From assembly GCF_009914755.1 (NCBI RefSeq), contig NC_060925.1: a stretch of DNA of 64,000 bases. One strand, given 5' to 3'. Each line of letters starts with the position of its first letter. Position 1 is the first letter of the stretch. The position numbers were made by a program, and so were the translations under genes. The notes under the pieces were generated by a model. The model was not told the DNA's origin and did not search any database. It saw only the letters and a program-made list of their open reading frames with translations. Shown here piece after piece: positions 14,682 through 28,150 of this stretch. This DNA is from the human T2T-CHM13v2.0 reference genome, Homo sapiens.

Positions 14682-14927
14682 TTTTTTTTTTTTTTTTTTT
14701 TGAGATGGAGTCTCATTCTGTCACCCAAGCTGGAGTGCAGCGGTGTGATCTTGGCTCACTGCAGCCTCTGTCTCACAGGTTCAAGCAGTTCTCCTGCCTC
14801 AGCCTCCTGAGCAGCTGAGACTACAGGCATGTGCCACCACACCTGGCTAATTTTTGTATTTTTAGTAGAGCCAGGGTTTTACCATGTTGGCCAGGCTGGT
14901 CTCAAACTCCTGACCTCAATTGATCCG
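14682..14927 (-). mobile_element. AluS, 5'-truncated, inserted in L2
   Basis: Alu consensus with poly-T. Confidence 0.95.
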
Positions 14928-15219
14928 TTTTTTATCACTCTAATGTGACCACCCCTACCCAAGCCATCATCATTTCAGGTCTTGATTGTCAGCCTATCCT
15001 TCTAGATTCCTTCTGGATTTTTTTTTTCTCCTTCTACTGTTCCTTTTATCTTTCCATGTAGTGACCTTGCTTATTTTTCAAAAATATATTTTAAAATGCC
15101 ACACTTCAGATGATTTAAATGGGGGCAATACACAGTTTTCTTGCAATGTTGAACAATTACCATCAGTTTTCCACCTACCCCTGTTTACCCTACTTGTGAC
15201 ACTGGAACATTTTTGCTTT

Positions 15220-15705
15220 GCTTTGTCTGTGGCTCATTGTTACACTTCATCTAGTACTAGAGGGGCACTGGAGAAGGATAGGGCTCTACTTCCTAGTTCC
15301 TGAGTGCTCCTCTTAGCTTGTTCTTACGGTGCATAGTAGCCAAAAGTGGACATCACCTTGCTGGGGACAGAGCACCTCACCTGTGGCACCTCAGGAAGCA
15401 GCTTCCCAGTAAGTTTTATCAGTGTAGTGCCTCGGTAATCTCTGCTACCTAGAAGACCACAACCATACCTTCTCCAACGAGGTCTAGATATCAATTCTGG
15501 TAGGTCGAGGGTTCTTTCAGATTTGTTTCTTCCTTGAGTGCTTTCCTAAAGTGCTAGAGGGAGCAGTGGCAGCTCCCTATATCTGCTATCCCTATATTTT
15601 TTAGAGTTCTCTTACCCTTTAATAGATAATTCCCTATAATAATTAGTTACATTAAACTTCCCCTATTCAAATTACCATGTAGTTTCAGTCTCCTAGTTGG
15701 AGAGT
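15220..15705 (+). mobile_element. Old ERVL-type LTR (LTR41-like)
   Basis: 3' end attaaacttccctattcaaattac...tctcctagttgga. Confidence 0.5.
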
Positions 15706-15719
15706 CATTGGTAATAGTG

Positions 15720-16180
15720 TTTTCCAAGGCTCTGCATTATTTAGTTCCTGGTATTGCTCTGAAATTTTCAACTACATGCTCCCCCTGCTCACTTTGCTCT
15801 GGCCACACTGATGGACACATTGTTGCTAGAACATTCTCCTAATTAAATTTGTTTCGATTTTTGCCTAGAATATTTTTACTGTTATTTGAATGTCTCCTTA
15901 GCCGAGTCTTTCCCATTTATATAAAATAGAACTCCCATTACAATACTTTCTCTCTCTTTAGCCTACATTATTTTTCAAAGAAGCTTTTGTCTCCACATGA
16001 CCAGTTATAGTTATTTATTTCCTTGTTCACTCTGTGACTTCTCACTACAAAGTAATGCCCTTGAGAGTGGACACATAGTCTGTTTTGTTCTTGGCTAATA
16101 TTTCTTCCTACACCTACATATATTCTACCACATAGTAGACACCTGTTAAATGACTAACTGAATGACTGAATAAATGAATT
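15720..16180 (+). mobile_element. L2 3' end (continues fragments at 14580-15110)
   Basis: ctcactttgctctggccacactg...gaatgactgaataaatgaat. Confidence 0.75.
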
Positions 16181-16234
16181 AGTTGCTTTTCTAGATGATA
16201 AAATGAGTGTCAAAAAAGATAAGTATAACATAAA

Positions 16235-16475
16235 AGTCAGGAGTTTAAGCTCTTCAGGGAGAAAAATGTTTGTTTAAATGTGGGTTTTGTTACTTCCTAG
16301 TAGTGTAATTTAGGTATAGTTCTGAAATACTGATGGTTTCATTTTCCTTATATGTAAGATGGGGATTATAATAGCAACTAATTTATACTTTAATTGTGTA
16401 AATAAAATTATGTATATAATGTGCCTAGTACAGTGCTTGACACATGTTAACAATTCTACACATTTAGTTATTTCT
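16235..16475 (+). mobile_element. MIR
   Basis: Core tttccttatatgtaagatggggattataatag. Confidence 0.75.
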
Positions 16476-16516
16476 ATAATCACCTACAGTGCAAAACCAT
16501 AAATACAGGATTGTCA

Positions 16517-17148
<632 letters not shown>

Positions 17149-17901
17149 CTACTAAACATAAATCAGATGATCTTAAAAGTGAAGGAAGAATATGGTTATA
17201 TGAAGAGTTTCTCAAGGAATTTTCAACAATATAAATCATTTTGTTATTGAAACAGGATCACTATTGCCTCTCTTTTTTAAACAAAGATCTGTAACTGAAG
17301 CCTTTATGCTTGAAATTGATTTTCTATCTAGTTTTTAGAAATTGAGAGAAATATTTATTGTGAAATATTAAGGCGTCTCAAGCAACTTTACCTTTGAAAA
17401 CAATTTTGTGTGGCCTTCAAACGTAATTGGTACTTTATTTTGGTTAAATATTTACTAGTTGATTCAAGGATCAAGTGACTATGTTCTACATTTTAGAAGC
17501 AAATAGGAATCCATTGATCATGAGCCCTAAAGAAATGCTATTGATGTGACAATGTGTGAAAGAGAAAAACGTTACTGGTGTCCATCATTACACAGATAAA
17601 ATAAATAGAGATTTATATAATTATCTCATTAATCTAGATTACACTTGTGTTAATTGAAAACACTCCTAAGTACTAAACTATAGAGTTATGAAACAGATTA
17701 ATTAAAGAGTGATTATTTTCAATGTGAAATGATTCCTCTGAATACAAAATTGATTCATTTAATTAAAGTCCTCCTATTGTTTTAAATTGCTTATTTACCA
17801 ACAAATAAATACTAACAAAAAGACTGAGCTAAAAATACTGAAAAATAGTTATATGTTACTGGAACTTGTGAAAATAGATACAACTAAAATTATACAATCA
17901 A

Positions 17902-18340
<439 letters not shown>

Positions 18341-18676
18341 TTAAGAAATTTCTAAATATGACTGCATAAATGTAGATCTTGTTTATTTTCTTTATTTTTG
18401 GTCTCTTGATTCTGCTATGTATGGAATTTCTCCTTAGTCTCACCTACTTATTAAAATATGCTTTAATAACAAGTGAGCCTGGTTTTATACTTTTGGAGTC
18501 AATTTTACTTAATATGGTAGATTTGTTCATGATAAAAACTCAATTTTATTTACATTAACACTCACTCTCAAACTCAATTCAAAGTGTAGTTCAATTTGTT
18601 TATATTTCAGTGGGCTTCAGGTGGTCTATGCTTCATGACCCATGAGCTCCCATCCTGGTGCTGGGGCAGGGAAGAG

Positions 18677-18898
18677 TCAGAGCTCCATAAGTGGCCGCCT
18701 GTGGCCAGTTTTCTTCTTTGACTAAGGCTGACCGATGAGGTCTCCGCTGGCTTTCATGATGGCATACTTCAGGAGGTTCTTCTGAAGTCTGTGGGGGGGC
18801 CTCCCCTACTAATGTTTCTTGATACAGAAAATGGAACTCTATTTTGGCTTCTTGCAGCTATTCTTTTTCCTCTCCAGCTCTCATCAAATGAGGTACAT
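18677..18898 (-). pseudogene. Terminal coding exon remnant (MYLI**ELERKKNSCKKPK*SSIFCIKKH**GRPPHRLQKNLLKYAIMKASGDLIGQP*SKKKTGHRRPLMEL*)
   Basis: Acceptor tgtatgtcag|ATG. 49 of 74 codons end in G/C in an AT-rich window. All six internal stops are TGA/TAG, consistent with CGA/CAG/CGG decay. Confidence 0.6.
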
Positions 18899-19105
18899 CT
18901 GACATACAATACAATACATGCATACATACCTACATTCATATATGAATGCATACATGGATAGATTTTTTTAAACTACTTAACAAAAATCAGATGATCAATG
19001 GAAGTGAAGAATATGGCTATATAGTCTTTCAAGGAAGACACATATTCACTAACTTGGTGAATGCCTCTTTTTGAAGTGTCAACAAGACTTCTCAAGCCCA
19101 CTTAC

Positions 19106-19862
19106 CTCCCATGGTGAGCTCTCATATCAGGAAAAATTCACATTGTGGAAATGTAAAGTGTGAAACTGCTGCAAAGTCTCTCCATATCTTTTCCTGTGTG
19201 CAGGCACTGGAGATCAAGACCACTGTCTAGACACACATCCAACCAGAGAATTAGCTTTTCCCCAGATTTACAGTAAATTTATTGGAATACTAGCCAGTTA
19301 GCTTTAGGAAATAGAAGCATCCCTCATTCAGAAAGAGGAGAAAGAAACCTCTTTACAAATACTTCAATTGCCCGACATGTGAATATACCCTTTTTGTTCT
19401 TCTCTTATTGTTGATGAGAACAATAGTTATATTAATCTGTATAGATGTTGATATGGTTTGACTCTCTGTACCCACCCAAATCTCACCTTGAGTTGTAATA
19501 ATCCCCACGTGTCAAGAGCAGGACCAATTGGAGGTAATTGAATCGTGGAGGTGGTTTCCCCCATACTGTTCTCCTTGTAGTGAATAGGACTCACGAGATA
19601 TGATGGTTTTATAAATGGGAGGTCCCCTGCACAAGCTCTCTTTCTTGCTGCCATGTAAGACCTCTCTTGCTTCCCCTTCATCTTCCGCCACAATTGTGAG
19701 GCCTCCCCAGCCATGGGGAACTGTGAGTCCATTAAAACTCTTTCCTTTATAAATTACCCAGTCTTGGGTATGTCTCTATTAGCAGTGTGAGACCAGACTA
19801 ATACTAATCCTAGGAAATCGTAGAGGTAGGTGGCAGGCCTTGACTGCTAAAAGATCATGTAA
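19106..19862 (-). pseudogene. RGS-like exon remnant interrupted by a THE1 LTR
   Basis: Acceptor cattttaag|TTA, donor GAG|gtaagt. Removing the LTR plus 5 bp gives LHDLLAVKACHLPLRFPNIYTD*YNY...RAIEVFVKRFLSPLSE*GMLL...GEKLILWLDV, then after a frameshift TVVLISSACTQEKIWRDF. Confidence 0.6.
19449..19805 (+). mobile_element. THE1 solo LTR
   Basis: tgatatggtttg...aaattacccagtcttggg...gactaatac. Confidence 0.93.
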
Positions 19863-20209
19863 CTTAAAATGTGTAAATAGAGTGTTTTTTTTCCCACTAA
19901 TTTAGACTCTAGCTCCATTTTCAAGACTATAGAAATATCTGAATCCTAAAACAACTTTCTGTCTCTCTTCGTCTGTGTATGTGTGTGTGTGTGTTCCTGC
20001 GCACGTGTGTGTGTTTCTATCTGCAATACTTTATTTTAATTATGGCTTCATTAGATGACTAGATCAATAACTCGATAACCTCTGTATCACCTATATTTAC
20101 CTCCATGGCTATCTGAACAGATATATAAAAAGAAAGATAACTTTACTAGAAGAAGCCCACATGAAACTGGGCTTAATAATTTTCTAGTGAGAATTTTAAT
20201 GAAAGAGGT

Positions 20210-20985
20210 TTATGTTTTAAAGCTGAATAATATTTTATTGTATATTTATTACACTTTCTTCATCCACTAATATGTCAGAGAACATTTAGATTGCTTTCAT
20301 ATCTTGGCTATTGTGAATAATAATGCAATGAACATGGGAGTGCAGATATCTCTTTAAGATATTGATTTTCTTTCTTTTGAATATATACCCAGGAGTGGAA
20401 TTTCTAGATCATATAGTACTTCTATTTTTAAGTTTTTGAGGACCCTCCATACGTTTTCGCAGGAGCTGCACCATTTTCCATTCCCACAAACGGTGTACAG
20501 GCTTCTGATTTCTCCATATCCTCAACCTAGAGGATATTATACTAAGTGAAAAAAGACAGTTTTAGAAGGACAAATGCTACATGATTCCACTTACATAAGA
20601 TACTTAAAATAGTCAAATTCATAGAAGCAGAAAATAGAGCGGTAGTTGCTAGAAACTGGAGACGGGGGTATGGGATGTTTTCCAATGGATTTAAAGCTTC
20701 AGTTATGCATGATGAATAATTTCTGGAGATCTTCTGTACCACTTAGTATGTAGACTTCAACAACTGTATTGTGCATTTAAATTTTTACCATAAGAAATTA
20801 ATAAAACTGTACGAAAAAAAACAAAGAAGCACAAGGAAAGTTTTGGAGATGATGTGTATTCATTACCTTGATTGTGTTGATGGTTTCACAGGTATATGCA
20901 TATGTCCAAACTCATCAAACTGTATGCAATAAATATGTGCACTTTTTGCATATCATTTATACCTCAATAGAGCTGTTTAAAAATA
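20210..20985. mobile_element. 5'-inverted L1MB-type element (minus 20210-20525, plus 20526-20985)
   Basis: Adjacent L1 segments in opposite orientation, nearly contiguous in the L1 consensus. Confidence 0.85.
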
Positions 20986-21312
20986 TAATGAAAAAAGCAA
21001 CATTCTACTTCTCCTCTTCTGTATTTTAATAATAGACTTTGGCTTTTGTTCCTATGAGAAGGAGAGTGGTTTGGTCTCTGCTCAACAGCCTACATCATGA
21101 TTTTGTTGATGGTTCCCAGTGGCAATTCTCAGTTTCCAACTATGTTTTTAAATAATTGCTGTTAGTGAAAATATCTCTTTTCAGAAGCACAGCATCTGTG
21201 GTGAGCACATCCATATCATTTCACACAAATTCCAGAAACCGCAATTTTTATAACAATGATAATAAATCTAAGCATTCCTATAAGTGGCAATCATGAAGTT
21301 TTCCATACTTAC

Positions 21313-21361
21313 TTGGAATCTCTCACCATTCTGAACAGCAATTGAAACTATCACTAAACAT
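21313..21361 (-). pseudogene. 49-bp exon remnant (CLVIVSIAVQNGERFQ)
   Basis: tttctcag|...CAA|gtaagt. Open frame, phase 2 to 0, compatible with both neighbours. Confidence 0.6.
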
Positions 21362-23209
21362 CTGAGAAATCACTGTCCCCTAGTTTTCTTTATGCCCTCA
21401 TGCCCATTCCATCAGTAAATATATAATTTCTGCATCTTCTTTCTCCCCTCAAATTCTAATTGTTCCTGTCTCCCAGATCTTTCACTTTGCTCTTAAGGTA
21501 TTCTTGTTCTCACACCAAACTTTCCTGTCTTCAACTGTCATATGTGTTGCAATAACTTAGCACATCAAATATTTAGCCCATACACATTTGTGCTCCAGGT
21601 CCACATAGATATCAACTCCTCCCAAAAATTAACAGATCAACTCTCAGCACCTAGAGAGTTTTTCTGTGGTTCTTTTTTTCAGTGTTGAGATCCACCTCAA
21701 ACTTTTAAATTACCTCTGCACCTGCTTATTCACCAAGTTCTTCAGATTCTGATACCACACCATTCTAAGCCATGGTTTTCTTTGCATTCTGTCTCTAATT
21801 CACCTTTTATTACCCTTGACCTGAATTATTCCTTTAGGTCTTTCTTTATAAGATATGCCACATACTACTCCCTTATCACCTAGTGAGCAAATCTCCACAA
21901 TTCTGCAAGAATGTTTCTGCCACAACGCATATCTAATAGTTAAAATAATCTCTTTACATTATCATTTTTCAAAAACATTTTGTTAGGTTCATAATTTTTA
22001 ACTTACTACACTAAGCCCAAATCAAACTTTTTTATATTTGTAAAAGCGACTATGACTATGTCAATAATGTAGATTTTAGGATATGAATTTGTTAATATTT
22101 CTTCTTCATTACATCTTAATCACCAATACTTTCATCTATTATGCTCATTTATTTGACATTTTGAACATTTCTAAAATAAAAGAATATATATATTATAAAT
22201 TTAAGATATGTTCATTTTAAACATTACACAAAGATATAAACTAGGAAATTTTGACGTGAATACAACATATAATTGGCATAATTCTTAAAACTGTAATAAG
22301 CTCTATGGAAATTTACAGTGAATACATTGAAAGTTTCATTTATTTGTGTATCATAGATGCAATATACAAGTTACTTTTTCCATATATACTTGTATAATTT
22401 AATATTTTCTGGGATGAGAATATATGTTGAAAATAATTGCTAATTATTTAAAATAAAACAAATCCTGTTGTTACTAATATTTGTTCTAATGCATGCATGG
22501 AATTTTTTAAAAATGGGAAATCTGTTGAGGTAAAATTATGTATGTTATGAAAACCACATCCTGAACTGCACAAATCAAACTTCAAAATGAAAAATGTAGT
22601 ATGTCCATTTATTTATTATTGCATTTATACCTAACTGCTTCTATTAGTAATGATATTAATATTCTATAAATATCAGAAAAAATGATAAATAAGAGCTAAG
22701 AGCTAACTTTTGGTTCAAAGGACAAGAATTTAAATTTTGCATATGTAAAAAACGTGCATTGAAAGATTGTAATTACCTGTAAAAAAATAACCTAGATATC
22801 TTTTTGTTAATAAAGAATATAAAAACAACACCACAGCAACAAAACTTAGATGATTATATTTTGATTGTGTGAATAGATATCGCTTTGGGTGAACCCTGGT
22901 CTAAGTTGTCTCACTACATCAATATTCATATATGTAATTTTTTTCCATATTTAACAGTAGTACTTATGACATTTATTTTATCACTATTTGTTAAATGTCT
23001 GTTGAAACCTAGAAGTTTTCATGGATATGAAAACGATAAAACTGTGGTCTTTCACCTTCTTGAGCTAAAAATACAAACCTTCAAGCCTGAGAGTGTAAAG
23101 CAGCCATTTACAGGTTGAGGTACAACACACAGTGAGAAAAACAGCTTTACTGTATACAGAGTAAACAGGCAACAAATCTGCAAATACTTACCTTTGAGAT
23201 TTAAAAAGG

Positions 23210-23395
23210 CAGGGAGGGGTAGAGGTAAGGATTACAGAGAAGCATAAGGACACTTTTGGAGGTGATTGTGGAGATGGTTTCAGGATGTGTGTGTGTGTGT
23301 GTGTGTGTGTGTGGAACACTTCTTAGATTTGTTAAATTGTGCACTTTAAATGTTTGCAGTTTATTAAATGCCAATTACACTGAAACTGTTTTTGC
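23210..23395 (+). mobile_element. Old L1M 3' end with internal (TG)n
   Basis: acttttggaggtgat...ttgtgcactttaaat motifs. Confidence 0.65.
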
Positions 23396-23731
23396 AAAAG
23401 CTGGCATTTCTGTCTCCATGTTGCAATGGGCATTATGGGTCAACAAAGTATCCTAAGGTATCAGGGTCTGTATTAGTCGCTTTTTTTTGGTATTATCCTA
23501 GAACCAAAAGAGAGTATGTATTTTGGAATATATAAGTGAGCTCCAATTCCTGATATTGGTAATAAACTTTCCCCATCACTAATTTCTGTGAAAATGTTAC
23601 TGTTATATACATTAATATGATAATATAGATACATTTTTAATGATAACTTACCAGGTACAAGAAACTACAAAGATAGTATTTTTATGATAGATAAATCACA
23701 TCCCTACTCTGAATTAGTTTAGAATGAAAGT

Positions 23732-23968
23732 AGGTCAGGGGTTCGAGAACATTCTGAGAACATAGTGAAACCCCGTCTCTACTAAAAATACAAAAATTAG
23801 CTGGGTGTAGTGGTTCACGCCTGTAATCCCAGCTACTCCAGAGCCCAAGGCAGAAGAATCGCTTTGAATCCAGGAGGCAGAGGTTGCAGTGAACCGAAGT
23901 CACAACATTACACTCCAGAATGGGCAACAAGAGTGAAAATCTGTCTCAAAAGAAAAAGAAAAAGAAAA
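23732..23968 (+). mobile_element. AluSq/Sp-like, 5'-truncated
   Basis: Alu consensus with (GAAAAA)n tail. Confidence 0.92.
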
Positions 23969-24023
23969 AGAATTGAAGTTTCCTTTTTAACAAAATAGCT
24001 AGGTAAATGTAGAATGAAAAGGG

Positions 24024-24565
24024 GTATATTACTCTGTGTTCTCCAGAGAAACAGAACCAATAAGAATTATATACAGATATATATCATAATTTATATATAT
24101 ATATATACACACACACACATATCATCAGTATATATATATGTGTGTGTGTGTATGTGTGTGTGTGTGCACATGTATGGATTTTTTATAACCAGTTTACTCA
24201 CATGATTATGGAGGATGGCAAGTCCAAATCTATAGAACCAATCTGTAGTCCCCGTTTGAATCCAAAGGTTGGCAGGTTGCTGGAGAACCAGGAAGAACCA
24301 ATGTCCTAGGTTGAATGAGGAGAATTCTTTAGGCAGTAAAATTCCCTCTTATTCAGAGGAGATTCAAACATTGTTCTATTTGGCCTTCAGAAGATTGGAT
24401 GAGGCGCACCCACAATATGAAGGGCAATTTACTTTACTCAGTCTATTGACTTAAACCTTGATATCATACAAAAATACCCTCACAAAAACACGCAGAATAA
24501 TGTTTGACCAAATATCTGAGCACCCTGTGCCCCATTCAAATTGACACATAAAATTAACTCTCACA
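24024..24565 (-). mobile_element. MLT2B/C-type ERVL LTR
   Basis: gttctccagagaaacagaaccaata...ttgacacataaaattaac. Confidence 0.85.
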
Positions 24566-24758
24566 AGAGATCATCTTGGTTTCAATTTCTCTAACAGATC
24601 TTTATGTGCTTTTAAAAGTGTATTGGTTGATAGTTGCAATAAAACTGTTAATAAAAGTAGTTCGTGTAAAATATTGTATCAGTAAAATCTAGTATCAATA
24701 AAAATGTGTAGAAATGAAAAAGTGCAGTAAATTTGCAGAAAATAGTTTCATTACGTAC

Positions 24759-24964
24759 TTGTTCATCTCATGCCTACTTTTAAGCAGCTGTAGTCTTAAG
24801 ACACTTGGTAATGCCATGTAATTTCCAATGCTGGCTTATTTGCTGACACTAAATCTCTGTGTGGCAAGGACAGGATGAGAGTTTAAGAAATCTTGAGCAT
24901 GATGGCTTTTCCAATGAATATCAATAGGAGAAACACCTGTGGTCAGACACTTTGGGCTGATCCC
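24759..24964 (-). pseudogene. 206-bp exon remnant
   Basis: tttcccattcccttag|GGG...CAA|gtacgt. One stop in 68 codons (GISPKCLTTG...LLKSRHEMN); ends in phase 2, matching the next exon. Confidence 0.55.
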
Positions 24965-25417
24965 CTAAGGGAATGGGAAATAAATTACTCCAGTTCAAGG
25001 TGGGCTTTGATTTTGCTATTGCACGTTGCATCTGTCTTACAATTCTTTTAGAAGGATTTATATTTAATGTTTGATATAACCTTAAACTTTTTATGCACTA
25101 TTTTTATCTGTATGCTTTCTCTATATATTTTTTCATAATTTTAAATGTTAAGCATTAAACATGAAACTCCATATAATTCATTACATGCAGACCTAGACTA
25201 CAAGAAGTATTAATGTCACCAGATTTTACTTAAACCCAAGGAAGGATAACATTTAAGTATGGGTGTAAATGTGTAAAGTACCATGTAAGGACAAAAGACT
25301 ATACCATCAATTATAACGTTGATTTATGGGGCAATAACAGATGTGCATGTACAATATTTTGTAAAACTTCCCCCAAATAACAGGGAATAAGTGGATGTGG
25401 CTGTGTACTCAGCTTTC

Positions 25418-25830
25418 ATTTATCTGAAGATGTATTATTTTCCTCATTTTTTTCCAGAGTAATTTCACTGGTTATAAAATTTGAGTTGACAGTTGTGTGT
25501 GTGTATGTGTGCACAAGTTTGTGTGTGCATGTGTTTGTGTGTATTCTCTCCCAGCATTGGGAGCATTTATAGCTGCCAGCATTGGGAGCAGGTATAGCTG
25601 TCATTCCATTGTTTTCTCACCTTCCATGGCTTCCTGGGAAGTTGGTCAACATTCATATATTTTTTAAACTACATATAACATGTCTCTTTTCCATAGCTGT
25701 TTTCAAGATTTTCTTTTTACTTTTTGTTTTTCTCATTTAATTCTGATGTTTTATGGAGTGATCCTATTTGATTTTACACTGCTTACTGCTTAGGCTTGAC
25801 TGGGCTTTCTGGGTCTTCCATTTAACATAT
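25418..25830 (-). mobile_element. L1ME-type fragment (continues ~28156-28620 after the MST element)
   Basis: Degenerate antisense L1M ORF1-region motifs. Confidence 0.55.
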
Positions 25831-28150
25831 TGATATGCTTTGGATCTGTGTTCCCACCAAAATCTCATGTCAAATTGGAGGAGGGGCCTGGTAGGAGGTG
25901 ACTGGATCACTGGGGCAGATTTTATTATAGTGATTGAGTTCTCATGAGATCTGTTGGTTTAAATGTGTGTAGCACTTCCCCCTTCTCTCTCTCTCTGTCA
26001 CCATGTGAAGACGGTGCTCCTTTCCCCTTCACCTTCTTCCATGGCAAGTTTCCTGAGGCCTCTCAATCATACTTCCTGTTAAGCCTGCATAACTGTGAAT
26101 CAATTAAACCTATTTTCTTCTTAAATTACCCAGTCTCAGGTAGTTCTTTATAGCAGTGTGAGAACAGCCTAATACAGAAAATTGGTACCAAAAAAGTGGG
26201 GCACCTCTATAAAGGAACCTGAAAATGTGGAAATGACTTTGGAACTGGGTAAGAGGCAGAGGTTCAAGCAATTTAGAGGGCTCAGAAGAAGTCAGGAAGA
26301 TGTCAGAAAGTTTGGAACTTCCTAGGGACTTACTGATTAATTTTGACCAAAATGCTGATAGTAGTATGGACAAGAAGTCCAGGCTGAGGTGGTCTCGGAT
26401 GGGGATGAGGAACTTATTGGGAACTGATGTGGTCTCAGATGGGGATGAGGAACTTATTGGGAACTAGTGTAAAGGTTACTCTCGCTGTGCTTTAGCAAGG
26501 AGACTGGTGGCATTCTGCCCCTGGCCTACAGATCTTTGGAACTTTGAACTGGAGAGAGACAATTTAGGATATCTGGCAGAAGAAATTTCTAAGCAGCAAA
26601 GCATCAGGATGTAACCTAGCTGTTTCTAAAAGTGTATGCTCATATGTGTGAACAAAGAGTTCATCTGAAACTAGAACTTATATTTAAAAGAAAAGCAGAA
26701 CATAAAAGTTTGGAAAATTTGCAGCCTGACCATGTAGTAGAAAATCAAAACCCGTTTTCTGAAGAGAAATTCAAGCCTGCTTCAAAAATTTGCATAAGTA
26801 AAGAGGAGCAGAATGTTAATAGCCAAGATAAGGAGAAAAATGTTTCCAGGGCATTTCAGAGACCTTCACAACAGCCCCTCCCATTACAGGCCCAAAGGCT
26901 TAGGAGGAAAAATGGTTTTGTGGGCCAGGACCAGGGCCCAGCTATTCAGTGCAGCCTCGGGACACAGTGCTGTGGGTCCCAGCCACTCCAGCTCCAGCCA
27001 TGGCTAAAAGGGGGCAAGGTACAGCAAGGGCCATGGCTTCAGAGGTTGCAAGCCCCAAGCAGCTTCCATGTGATGTTGGGCCTGCGGGTATCCAGAAGGC
27101 AAGAATTTAGGTTTGGGAACCTCTGCTTAGATTTCAGAGGATGGCTGGATGTCCAGGCAGAAGTCTTCTGCAGGGATAGAGCACTCATGGAGAACCCCTA
27201 TTAGGGCAGTGTGAAGGGGAAATGTGGGGTTGGAGCCCCTGCACAGAGTCCCCATTGGGGAATTGCCTAGTGGAGCTATGAGAAGAGGGCCACTGTCCTC
27301 CAGACCCCAGAATGGTAGATCCACCAACAGCTTGCACTGTGTGCCTAGAAAAGCCACAGTCAGTTTGCACCAGGCTGCGAAAGCTGTGGTATGGGTGGTA
27401 TCCTGCAGAGCCACAGAAGCAGAGCTGCCCAAAACCTTGGGAGCCCACCTCTTGCATCAGCATGCCCTGGATATAAGATTTAAGAATTTCCCTGCTGGAT
27501 TTCAGACTTTCATGGGTCCTATAGCCCCTTTGTTTTGGCCAATTTCTCCCATTTAGAATGGGAGCATTTACTCAATGCCTGTAACCCCATTGTATCTTGG
27601 AAGTAAGTAAATAGTTTTAATTTTACAGGCTCATAGGTGGAAGAGACTTACCTTGTCTCAGATAAGATTTTGGAATGTAGACTTTTGAGTTAATGTTGAA
27701 ATGAGTTAAGACTGTGGGACTGTTGAGAAGGAATAATTGCATTTTGCAATGTGAGAAGGGCATGAGATTTAGGAGGGGCCAGTGGCAGAATGACAAGGTT
27801 TAGATTTGTGTCCCTTCCTAAATGATCATGTCAGATTGGAAGAGGGGCCTTGTGGGAGGTGATTGGATCAGGGGAGTGGGTTTTCCCCTTGCTCTTCTAA
27901 TGATAGTGAGTTCTCACAAGATTTGGTTGTTTAAAAGTGTGTGGCACTTCCTCCTTCACTCTCTCTCCTGCACCATGTGAAGAAGGTTCTTGCTTTTCCT
28001 TCACCTTTGTCATGATTGTAAGTTTCCTAAGACCTCCCAGTCAGGCTTCCTATTAAGCCTGTAGAACTGTGAGTCAATTAAACCTCTTTTCTGCTTAAAT
28101 TATCCAGTTTCAGGTACTTCTTTATAGCAGTGTGAGAATGGATTAATACA
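25831..28150 (+). mobile_element. Full-length MSTA-type MaLR: LTR 25831-26176, internal 26177-27790, LTR 27791-28150
   Basis: Two direct LTRs, MaLR internal motifs, perfect TSD catat at 25826-25830 and 28151-28155. Confidence 0.95.

Noticed and set aside
19036-19105. Read-through peptide GGKWA*EVLLTLQKEAFTKLVNMCL suggesting a processed pseudogene
   Set aside because: A perfect GAG|gtaagt donor at 19106/19105, a matching acceptor at 18899 and many upstream introns favour an unprocessed gene. Read-through is not fully excluded.
23651-23664. Minus-strand AG...gtaagt pair
   Set aside because: Only ~13 bp and it breaks the phase chain.
26632-27204. Longest ORF (190 aa) and overlapping ORFs to 27556
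   Set aside because: Entirely inside the MST internal region; a decayed MaLR ORF remnant, not a host gene.
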